This document shows positions 25,233 to 35,798 of a stretch of DNA of 64,000 nt, piece after piece. A program made the translations under genes and the position numbers. Positions within the stretch are counted from its first letter, which is position 1. The number at the start of each line of letters is the position of its first letter. The stretch spans positions 124,744,001 to 124,808,000 of the forward strand of contig OX597819.1 of the NCBI GenBank assembly GCA_951406725.2. The letters run 5' to 3'. This DNA is from Octopus vulgaris. Lineage: Eukaryota. The notes under the pieces were generated by a model, which saw only the letters and a list, made by a program, of their open reading frames with translations, was not told the DNA's origin and searched no databases.

Positions 25233-25735
25233 TGTATGTGTCCTTCCTTTTTAGATGGTAGATTTAAGTTTGAAGGTTGATTGGTTACTAGACCGCCAAG
25301 TGATCGCAACGAGGAACCGTTGTTTGATTCGCGCTAATTATTATTTTGTTCTTATATTTTCACATTTATTACGTGCTTTCTATAGAAAGTGATGCGTTTT
25401 AATTAAGATCATTATGCGTAGTATACACGCACACATACATACATGTATATATATGTGTGTGTGTGTGCGTGTGTGTATGTATGTATACACACACATATAC
25501 ATATATCTTGGGTTTTTGGAGGGTCATTACGCCGACAAGAATAAACACATGCACTGGTTCAATAACACTTCTTTACTTTTAGTCACTCGGCTAAATGTAT
25601 GTGTGTGTGTGTGTCCCTGCACGTGTTTGTGGGTGGGTATGTGAATGCAGGCATGGTTAGGCATACATAAAGTGTAGGGGTTGAATGACAGCAGGATGCA
25701 TGGAAATTTATAGTAAAAAAACCCCATACACATCC

Positions 25736-25965
25736 GTTTCTTTACTACCCACAAGGGGCTACACACAGAGGAGACAAACAAGGACAGACAAACGGATTAA
25801 GTCGATTACATCGACCCCAGTGCGTAACTGGTGCTTAATTTATCGACCCCGAAAGGATGAAAGGCAAAGTCGACCTCGGCGGAATTTGAACTCAGAACGT
25901 AACGGCAGACGAAATACAGCTACGCATTTCGCTCGGCGTGCTAACGTTTCTGCCAGCTCGCCGCC
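25736..25965 (-). mobile_element. SINE family A
   Basis: Full-length match to the other family A copies. Confidence 0.9.
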
Positions 25966-26057
25966 TTTATACAACCATACACATCGATTCGCGCTCACCT
26001 GCACGCATGTCGGTATAGGTAGGAATAAATATATATATATGTGTGTGTGTGTGTATG

Positions 26058-26141
<84 letters not shown>

Positions 26142-26353
26142 CATATATATCTATATATCTATATCTATATATCTATATATATATCTATTTGAAAAGCTAC
26201 ACGCGAAACCGGTAATTTCTTTAAAAATTTTAAAATTATGTCATTTAAGGAAAGGGAAAAAAATTTTTCCAATATTCTCCAGACATTTTGACACAAATAT
26301 ATATATTTTTTAACATTTAAGCCTTCTGTCGTTTTTTCACTCTTTACTATTTT

Positions 26354-26433
<80 letters not shown>

Positions 26434-26583
26434 TTAATGATGTTTTGGCTAATTTTGAAATTAAATCGGCAGTTTATATTTACTGCTGAGTAAACCGCGC
26501 GAATGCGGTGGATTTTGAAAATCTATAGCATATAGACTCGAGGCATGCTCGTTATCGCCTCGTGAATATATGGTAGTCCTTGG

Positions 26584-26679
26584 CTTTTCTGCTGACGAGG
26601 CAATGCCAGTAGTAAATAAATTTAATTTAATTTTATGTATTTACAAAAGATTGCCGAAACTATGCATAGTCCAGAAAGG
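26584..26679 (+). ncRNA. Intact type I hammerhead ribozyme
   Basis: Stem I CTTTTCTG/CAGAAAGG; core CTGACGA (26592-26598); stem II GGCAAT/ATTGCC; GAAA (26656-26659); palindromic stem III CTATGCATAG; GTC cleavage triplet (cut after 26671). Confidence 0.88.
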
Positions 26680-26799
26680 AAAGGGTAAACGTTTTTATTT
26701 CTCTTTCCATTTCAGAATTACAACTATTAGTGGTTTGGAGTTTAACTGCTCTTTCTAGTGAGTCGGATGTTCTATTATAGCCATCCCTTATATGTTTGA

Positions 26800-26843
<44 letters not shown>

Positions 26844-27436
26844 GATGAGCTCAGCAAAAATTTAGATTCAGATGAATATGGTACTTAAGTTGAGGTACCA
26901 GAATTTAGTACGGTATTATCCATACAATTTCAAAATAAGGTGATTAAAATCAAAATAAGCAACAAGGATATCCAGAGGTAATGCAGGATATCTTTGGATA
27001 TCCTTGTTGCTTTTTTTGACTATATATATATATATATATATCAATATACACTTGTATATATATATATAAGGCATAACGCCAGCTCAAAACTTTACTCGTT
27101 CTGTCGAAAAGACGCTTGTCCTTGACGTCCTGGTTTTGTTGTTATTATTATCATTATTGTTTTTACGTATTTTTGTATTCTTATTCGTGTAACATCGTCC
27201 GTTTTCCGTCCTTGTTTTGTATACATTCGAGGCTTTCTTCCAAGGAATCTAATGCGCTTGGCTTAGATTTTCCTTTGGGGCTGCCCAGGTCGGAGCAATC
27301 TCAAGATTAATCAGCCAAAATTGCGAAGATGATCCGGTTCTTGACTGAAGATTGAAGGCTTCGAATGTCCCGTCCGTGTTTTTTGTGTCGTCTTCTAAAT
27401 GTTTCACGTTCTTGTCCCAGTTTGCATATTTTTTTA

Positions 27437-27507
<71 letters not shown>

Positions 27508-28252
27508 GGTAGGATTAAAATGACATTGGGATACAAGGGAATCCATACAAATAAATACATGTAATTATGAACAATTCCAATACGCAATCATCCATACACA
27601 TCCACGCACGCGCAGACGCGCAAGCACGCCCACATACACGCCCACACATCCACGTACATGCACGTACAAATATAAATATCTACAGAGAACAGAGTCCAGT
27701 AGCTAAGGGAAAATTAGAGATAAGGAAAGAAACAACGAGAGGAGCGAGTATAACTAAACAGGAATTATACAAGTAAGGTGGCTCAACAGAGCCTAGGAAA
27801 TGGGACCTTAACCAAAGGCCGTGATTGGTTGGCTTTGGCCAGTGGCGCGAAATAAAGGCATCCGTTGACAAAACCCAGTGAAAGGAGAGATAAAAACAAT
27901 CCACAAGTGCCACTCCAATCCGACTTTCAAATTTTGGTGCGGGATGAAACCACATCGTTCTCACGTCTCTCTGGATAAAATTGTGACACAGTTGGTTCCA
28001 TGTTCTACATCATGCTTACTTTACTTTTGCCGTTTCTCGTGTCTCTCATAAGTATTGGCTTCTTAATCAAACTGCTTTAGCCAGGCTCTCCTCTTTTCCC
28101 GTTTGATTTCTTTGATTCCAGTATCTCTCTCTTCCTTTATTTCTCTATTGGAATATTCATACATCCCGTGTCCGTTTTTGTTTCGCCATTGTATTCACCT
28201 ATAATCACTTTCATTTTCAGAGTGATCTTTCTACCCCCAAAATACTTTATAT

Positions 28253-28850
28253 ATTTCTTTATTGCCCACAAGGGGCTAAACGAAGAGGGGACAAACAAGG
28301 ACAGACACACAGATTAAGTCGATTATATCGACCCCAGTGCGAAACTGGTACTTTATTTATCGACCCCGAAAGGATGAAAAGCAAAGTCGACCTCGGCGGA
28401 ATTTGAACTCAGAACGTAACGGCAGACGAAATACCTATTTCTTTACTACTCACTAGGGGCTAAACGAAGAGGGGACAAATAAGGACAGACACACAGATTA
28501 AGTCGATTATATCGACTCCAGTGCGTAACTGGTACTTATTTAATCGACCCCGAAAGGATGAAAGGCAAAGTCGACCTCGGCGGAATTTGAACTCAGAACG
28601 TAACGGCAGACGAAATACCTATTTCTTTACTACTCACAAGGGGCTAAACACAGAGGGGACAAACAAGGACAGACACACAGATTAAGTCGATTATATCGAC
28701 CCCAGTGCGTAACTGGTACTTATTTAATCGACCCCGAAAGGATGAAAGGCAAAGTCGACCTCGGCGGAATTTGAACTCAGAACGTAGCGGCAAACGAAAT
28801 ACGGCTACGCATTTCACCCGGCGTGCTAACGTGTCTGCCAGATCGTCGCC
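28253..28850 (-). mobile_element. SINE family A head-to-tail trimer
   Basis: Three consecutive units; a single flanking TSD-like pair CCCCAAAA(T/C)ACTTTAT. Confidence 0.88.
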
Positions 28851-29017
28851 TTCCCCAAAACACTTTATAGACAGACACCTTACCCTTTACAGAGGAATGA
28901 TATCGAACGAAATTGGTCCATCGATAATGTCCTCTCCTACTCAGGTATCAGGAAGATCTCTGCTAAGCAGCATCCTCTAACAGTGGTTCCTTTCCCCCAC
29001 ACTCCTCATTGTAATAG

Positions 29018-29179
29018 GCTCTTTTACATTATGAAAACGATAGACAAGTGTGCGAAAATTTTGTATGTGATTCTATTATCGCCTAAGTACACTTTCGGAT
29101 CTCGCCTTTTGCACCAAGAACTTTTATCTATATCACTGGGTACATGTATAAAGTTAAGGTGTTATTTATTTAGATGCAT
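29018..29179 (+). CDS. Secreted helical-cytokine-like gene, candidate exon 4 (frameshifted as written)
   Basis: Pyrimidine-rich acceptor ending taatAG, GTGAGT donor, 162 nt. Reads ALLHYENDRQVCENFVCDSII, then needs a frame change near 29081 to continue PKYTFGSRLLHQELLSISLGTCIKLRCYLFRC. Confidence 0.5.
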
Positions 29180-29243
29180 GTGAGTATAATGTTGATAAAA
29201 CAAATTAACTCCACAGTTACAATATTTTTTTCATATTTTTCAG

Positions 29244-29426
29244 ATTACCTCCAGATATGGTAAAGTGAAGACACAAATTCTAAATGAGGAACTAGAGGTA
29301 GATGAGACACTACTGATCCCAAGATATACTTCAGAAGTTCATCGCCAGTTGTATATGATGGCCACATTGCAAAACCTTGTATTAGATTTAAGCACCACTG
29401 AATACATACTGCAGTTTTTACTTTAG
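29244..29426 (+). CDS. Secreted helical-cytokine-like gene, last coding exon
   Basis: Strong acceptor ttttttcatatttttcAG; phase-0 frame open for 60 aa (ITSRYGKVKTQILNEELEVDETLLIPRYTSEVHRQLYMMATLQNLVLDLSTTEYILQFLL) to TAG. The other two frames stop within 10 codons. Confidence 0.65.
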   Translation: MTSRYGKVKTQILNEELEVDETLLIPRYTSEVHRQLYMMATLQNLVLDLSTTEYILQFLL

Positions 29427-29437
29427 CACATATTTTG

Positions 29438-29477
<40 letters not shown>

Positions 29478-29527
29478 CGTAAAATCCCATGCTATTTACG
29501 CATTTTTTTCGCAAAAATAAAAACAAA

Positions 29528-29996
29528 GGCAATGTTTCGGTTGTCGTAGCACACGTTTCCGTCGATTTCCTCCGTCGATTTCCGTAAAAAACTTTTATTT
29601 TTTTACATAAGTAATGAGAGCGAAAGAGACTAAGAGGAAGCGATTTTATGACGAGGAAATTTCTCTTTGAAGTCCTCGTGTGTGTGTTTGATGGGGTGTG
29701 GGAGACAGACAGTATGTTGTGTAAGTGAAGTGCTTCTGTTAGTGTGTGCGAAGAGACAGAGATAGTAATGTGTGAAAGAGAGAGATAACTGAAATTTTTT
29801 ACTCGGTGTATGTGTATATGTATGTCTGCATGTATGTGTGTGTGTGTATGTATGTGTGTGTGTGTGTATGTGTGTATATATGTATGTATGTATGGCCGAT
29901 TCAGTGTTTACATTTTTTACGGAAATCGACGGAAGAAATCGACAATCGACGGAGGAAATCGACGGAAACGTGTGCTACGACAAGCGAAACATCGCC
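29528..29996. mobile_element. MITE family 3 (GG...CC termini)
   Basis: Inverted ends GGCAATGTTTCGGTTGTCGTAGCACACGTTTCCGTCGATTTCC / GGAAATCGACGGAAACGTGTGCTACGACAAGCGAAACATCGCC; TSD only partial. Confidence 0.8.
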
Positions 29997-30658
29997 AAAA
30001 CCATTAAATGGTTGACGACTTTTTGAAGTCTGACGTTCATGCTGACAATCACGGTCCGGGCCATATTTTACATATTTTACTAGGTTGAGTAAAGTGTCAT
30101 CCAAGTTGATGTTTATTGGTAATTAAACTTAATTTGCAACAACGGTGCATATTTATCGGCTTTGTTTTTGTTGATAATTCTTATCTTAACTTTTCCTGTG
30201 ATCGTGATTTGAGAAGACATACAGCAGTTTGCTAAAGATCGGACATAATCTCTTGTGGGCAAGAAATGTAAAATACAGTTTATTATAAACAACACAAACA
30301 CTTTGTAATTAAATAACTTTCAATGTGATACCTGTTAAACAGAAATCATTTTTATTTAATAAAATCTAATCATAAGTAGGTGAAATTATGCTACATACAA
30401 CTAAATTGAAAACCGTTTCCTTCTGGCCATATCGGCAATGCTGAAAACTTTTGAGTGCGAATTTTACATAAGTAGAAACTTTTTTTTAACAATTTTATCC
30501 TGAAAATCTCGTGTATAAATTATAGAGGTATGTATGAAAGCGCTAATTTAACTTTATGGGCACTGCAAAATAGTTTTAAAATGTTAAATACCATATTAAA
30601 AAAAACTCGAAAATCAGACCATGTTTTAACTTTATTCAACTGATATATATATATATAT

Positions 30659-30962
30659 CACGTGATCACGTGACCGACCAGACCATCAGATGTTGTTACA
30701 CATCGCTGGTCACAATGCGTTCGCATTGTTTTAGCCTTCGAATGACTCCACCCCGCTGGCTAAGCGAGCAGGCCAACAGAAGAAAGAGTGGGAGAAAGAG
30801 TTGTGAAAGAGTACAGCAGGGATCACTACCCCCTGCCGGAGCCTCGTGGAGCTTTTAGGTGTTTTCGCTCAATAAACACACACAACGCCCGGTCTGGGAA
30901 TCGAAACTGCGATCCTGCGACCGCGAGTCCGCTGCCCTAACCACTAGGCCATTGCGCCTCCA
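30659..30962 (-). mobile_element. SINE family C
   Basis: Same tRNA head and body as 21341-21520, different 3' tail. Confidence 0.85.
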
Positions 30963-31055
30963 CTACATACATACATACATACATACATACATAACTATAT
31001 ATCTGTGTGTATGTATGAATTCGAGTAGTATATCCTTGATCAGGAGTGGTTAGAA

Positions 31056-31114
31056 AGTCACCATTGGTTTCGCGTCTACTTTTGTCCAGAACAAATAGAC
31101 GAATCATCAGATAT
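31056..31114 (-). ncRNA. Degenerate hammerhead ribozyme
   Basis: CTGATGA-tt-cgtctatttg...aaaagtagacg-c-GAAA-ccaatgg-TG; cleavage site and stem I decayed. Confidence 0.45.
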
Positions 31115-31559
31115 GCTGGCCGGAAACACGTAGCTTCTTTCCTGAAAGAGGTGAATATACAGTCTGGGTCAGTTTGGTGGTGGCAAAACGGAAACGAAAT
31201 AAACCCCCTCTTTCTGAGAGGGAAAGGACAGTTGCCTTCTATTGTATGATTCCAGCTGTGGCTGAAGTGGTGTCAGCTGTACCTGCGTCCCGTCTTTTCC
31301 GTTCTCTTGTTGGAAAACGGGTAAGACCACATTTCCAAAATGAATTTTCTCTCATGACGACAGTGGCTAAAAATTTCACTTTTTTAAGTCAAGATGGTGC
31401 CTGGGTCCTGCAAACATTTTAGGATCATTGCCAATTCGGCTAACAAAATTTGCACTGTCTGCTTCCCTTGTGATATGACCGAGGTGGCTCAAGCAACTTC
31501 CAATTAATTTTATATGGCAATCCTTCCTCTTTTAATCGCCATATACAGCTGACTAATGT

Positions 31560-32650
31560 TGTAACTCTTTTAAGATCCTCCCTGGTGTCCTAACAGAGAA
31601 CCTGCAGTTATTTATCATGGCCTTAAAAGAGTCCTCCGATTTTTAAAGCTCATTAACGTGTGTCTGTTGTTTCATTGCTGTTACTATATTTTTAGTATCT
31701 GTCCTATTGATAACAGAATCTACTTTCCTAGTCATATCTAGTAGCTTCATTCTGTTGGTACCTTTCAATGTTGGCAATCTTTTTCTTACCTCTTTTCTCT
31801 TTACTTCCTGCAACTTATCTACAATCTTTTGACCTTCCTCACTTAAATCCTCACTTAAATCGTTGGAGCCATTTTCCCCTACCTTATTGGTAGTGTCATT
31901 ATTATTTTTCCTTTAGGTTCTTCTTTGGTTTGAACTGTATCACTTATGCTGTTGTTTGTCTTTACTACTGCCTGGTCTTTCTTTTCTAATTCCTTTGCGA
32001 TCTCTTCAACCTCCAATTCTGTCATCCACTTTCTTCTCCTAATAACTGTTTCTTTATTGCCCACAAGGGGCTAAACATAGAGGGGACAAACAAGGACAGA
32101 CAAACGGATTAAGTCGATTACATCGACCCTAGTGCGTAACTGGTACTTAATTTATCGACCCCGAAAGGATGAAAGGCAAAGTCGACCTCGGCGGAATTTG
32201 AACTCAGAACGTAACGGCAGACGAAATACCGCTAAGCATTTCGCCCGGCGTGCTAACGTTTCTGCCAGCTTGCCGCCTTCTTCTCCTAATAACATTAGCT
32301 TGATCTACCAGCCTCTGCTCATTCACTTTAAACACACCCTTCTCTACCCAAAGTGTTAACATCTGTTTTCTATAACCTCTTCTTTTATATTCACTTTGTA
32401 AGTAGCACTGAATCACTATCCTGTTTTCTTCGGTGGTCCATTTCCTTTTCCTCACTCTATTATCTGCTGATGCTGTGGTAGGATAACAGCTGTGGTCAGT
32501 CTGCATCTTTACTGAACCACTGCCGAGCGAGAGGCCTTCCCTTAAAGGTCCAACTTCATTTTCGCTTTTACAATCAGAGTTTCTACGCAAACTCTTGTCT
32601 CTCATAAACTGAGGTAGGGTAACATTCGTCAACATCGTCACCATCGTCAC
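31560..32650 (-). mobile_element. R4/Dong-type non-LTR retrotransposon, N-terminal fragment, interrupted by a SINE
   Basis: RKWTTEENRIVIQCYLQSE..RRGYRKQML.LW...NEQRLVDQANVIRRR|KWMTELEVEEI is typical of the N-terminus of RLE-bearing R4/Dong-like ORFs. Confidence 0.65.
32047..32277 (-). mobile_element. SINE family A
   Basis: Full unit with 16-bp TSD TTCTTCTCCTAATAAC. Confidence 0.92.
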
Positions 32651-32699
32651 CATAACTTAACCGGCTTCCGTTTGGCATAAAAGTTGCTCCCAGCTATAT

Positions 32700-33410
32700 T
32701 CCAGTCAGCGATGCTTGCAGAGTGTGACTTCGTGATGGCCTACCTGGATGATACCTTAATTAAAAGTGAAAATCGTGATCAGCATGTCGAACATGTAAAG
32801 TGTACTTATTCGATATCTGATAGTTTCGAGTAACTTTCTGAAAAGCAGAAAATTAACCCACGCGTCAAATGTGGTACGACAGGTCATTAAAAATTACACT
32901 GTAAAACAAAACCCAGAAAACAGTTCAACACAAAAAATCACGTAAATAGTTTATCAGTAACAAGAAATACAAACGAGACTCAAAAGGAAATATGTGTATG
33001 TAAAAATTAATAATACAAAGGTAAAATTACATTTAGACACAGATAGTAACACGCGGTAAGACTATAAAAGTAAAAGCTTAGGTATTAAAAAATACAAGCA
33101 ACCTTTTTGGAACTGACTGGAGGGAACTGTTCGACTTACGGGATTTACCCTTAAATTTTGTAAAAATATGTAGTGGGGTCGTGCGCCAATTCAAACTCAG
33201 AGACAGAAAAATTTTTAAAAGAAGTAAAAAGGTTGTTCCCTAATGTTTTTTCAGACGAGTTGGGTCGGTGCAATAAATTTAAAGCCAAATTTCAGGTAAA
33301 AGAAAATTCATTACCAGTTTTCAAACCCAAACGTAATGTACCGTTTGCCGCATTAGAGCAAATGAAGAAGGAATTAGACAGACTGAAAAAATGAGAGTGA
33401 TTGAAAATAT
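32700..33410 (+). mobile_element. Scrambled Gypsy (Mag-like) pol fragments
   Basis: AMLAECDFVMAYLDDTLIKSE and FPNVFSDELGRC...PVFKPKRNVPFAALE, related to the 10.4-17.3 kb element. Confidence 0.75.
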
Positions 33411-33452
33411 CTTTTTCATACTTCTTAAAATCACTGGATATAATACATATAA

Positions 33453-33770
33453 TCTATATATATAAAGATGAGAATGTGTGTGTGTGTGTGTCTGTCTGTG
33501 TGAATCCCTAAAACTCGAAAACTAAACAACCGATTTCATTCAAATTTTACACATGCCTTACTTAGGGTCTACGTAGTGTCATGGGCGAAAACACTTTTCA
33601 ACTTCTTGCTGAATGCGAGCCCAGAGCAATCTCTTATATCTTCCACTGTTTCAGTATAACGTATCAAAAGTGAAACAAAAACATCTCTCTATTGTAATGT
33701 CAGATACTTTCACTTTAACACTTTCGCTATTAATACTGAAACTATTAAAGTGAAACTATTATCTCACATA
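33453..33770 (+). mobile_element. Helitron family H2, 5' fragment
   Basis: The first ~120 nt match 55267-55390. Confidence 0.65.
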
Positions 33771-33792
33771 TATACATACATACATACATACA

Positions 33793-33826
<34 letters not shown>

Positions 33827-33860
33827 GATATCGGTGCTTCGTTGTACCATTTATTTACTT

Positions 33861-33941
<81 letters not shown>

Positions 33942-33945
<4 letters not shown>

Positions 33946-34461
33946 GAAAGAATGGGGTTGAACGACGATTTAACAAAATTCCTTTATTCTCGACATATGT
34001 TTCGAAGGCTGCATATTCCTAATTTCGAAGGAATAAGGGGTGCATTATGCCGCCTTCTCATTAGTAAAAACAAGGAACTTATGTCAGCATCAAGATGAAC
34101 AAAAACTCTTAGATGACTGCTCACACGGAGCCCATAGCGATAATGAGTGTTACTTTAAAATATTCCGTTATAAGCAGTGACGTCAAAAATGGTTGAATGT
34201 AGACGATTCTAGAAAGTTCAAGGATTCAAACAAGGTTGAAGGGAAGAGATCTAAGAATAGGAAGATAATAGAGTGCAAGTCATATGAATGGTGATGTGTT
34301 GTTTGCTTTTGTGATTGAGTGCCTATGTGTGTGTATGTATATAACTGCATTCGTGTCTATGTGTGTGCGTGATTTTGTGTGTGGTTGGGTAGATGCCAAA
34401 AATAAACAGTGGTGAAGTGACAGGTTTGTGTCTGTGTGTTTGATTGTGCTTACAATAGAGA

Positions 34462-34501
<40 letters not shown>

Positions 34502-35303
34502 GGCAAGGTAGAGAGACAAAGGTAAAACATACCTCAACGAATTTGGTAGTAGTCCTTTATGAGTATAAAAATTTGTCTATGGGGGTGATGTATAAATGGA
34601 ACCAAATTATTAAAATTCAAGGAGGTTATCTATATTAATCATCATTCATATGAGTGAAAGGTATGTTTCTGCCAGTGCATGCACCTATAGAATTTTTCAA
34701 CCATTGTATTTACTAAAGGGAATTTGGCGAACAATATATGGAAAAGTTCGGAATTACAGACGCCACAAAATTTTCTGCCCTTATCAAACGGAAAGGATAC
34801 AGACAATATGGACCATTCCAGCTTGAAAGTTATATTGCTGTCCTTAAGACGCCAAACTAATTTACCTAGTCCTGTGCTTTGTTGTTTTCTCTTATCTCGG
34901 AAAGTTGAATAATGATTGGAGATCCTCAGGGCTAATTTAGAAGTAGTTGCTCCAATGTAGAAGAAGACATCGGTACCGGAAGAAATTTTACACTGGTAAA
35001 TGGATTTTCTAATTTTGGAATTGCTGGACAAGAACTTTAATCTGTTAGGGTTTACCTGCGAGACTAAGACGGAGTTTTTATTGTTATGATTGCTGTTAAT
35101 ATTATTGCTATCTAGAATTTTGTTAAATCGTCGTTCAACTCCATTCTTTCATTTATTTGTATTAAAAATACACACAAATTTCCACACGAAAGCACGTGAT
35201 CTCTGCCCTTGGCATGTAGCTTCAACCGTGTTTTTCTGACGTGAATTTGCTACCCAGGTATCGGTTAACCGAATTATCCATACTAAGGTAATTCATTCAA
35301 CTA

Positions 35304-35306
<3 letters not shown>
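33942..35306 (-). mobile_element. Penelope-like element 3' part (GIY-YIG with C-terminal Cys/His motif) with inverted pseudo-LTR
   Basis: ORF 34642-35031 SIYQCKI..FYIGAT...RISNH...CGVCNSE...RCMHWQK. The terminal AATGAAAGAATGG(G/A)GTTGAACGACGATTTAACAAAATTC (33942-33981) recurs inverted at ~35115-35155. Flanked by (TA)n. Confidence 0.85.
33985..34070 (-). ncRNA. Hammerhead ribozyme in the PLE pLTR (core CTAATGA, likely inactivated)
   Basis: CTAATGA-gaaggc...gccttc-GAAA-catatg-TC, with palindromic stem III. Confidence 0.6.
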
Positions 35307-35373
<67 letters not shown>

Positions 35374-35374
<1 letters not shown>

Positions 35375-35798
35375 GACCGTCGCATGCCTAAAGACATCCT
35401 GTACAGCGAACTCACCACGGGATCCCGACCCAAGGGACGTCCACAGCTACGATACAGGGACGTGTGCAAGCGCGACCTGAGGACTGCCAACATCTGTGTG
35501 GACACGTGGGAGGAAACAGCTGCTGACCGCTCTGCCTGGCGTCGGACGGTGAGGAAAGGCGTTTCCATGGCTGAGGAGAGGAGAGCACAGCTGTGGTTGG
35601 ACGGGCGGGACAGGAGGAGGACAACTGCAGCAACACCCCACACGTACCCATCGATGTTCGTGTGCAGCAACTGTACCAAGGACTGCCACTCTAGAATTGG
35701 ACTGTTCAGTCACAGCAGACGCTGCACATCATCAAAGTAGGCTCCACCCTTGGCGCAACCCATTGTCTATCAAGACAGACGGGGAATAAGAAGAAAGA
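35374..35798 (+). mobile_element. RTE/BovB-like LINE 3' fragment inserted in (TA)n
   Basis: PKDILYSEL..G.RP.GRP.LRYRDVCKRD...CHSRIGLFSHSRRC and 3' CCATTGTCT..AGAC stem. Confidence 0.88.

Noticed and set aside
27070-27440. Possible hammerhead (CTGAAGA...GAAT) in a microsatellite-flanked module
   Set aside because: No GAAA and no convincing stems I/III. Probably a repeat, but I cannot classify it.
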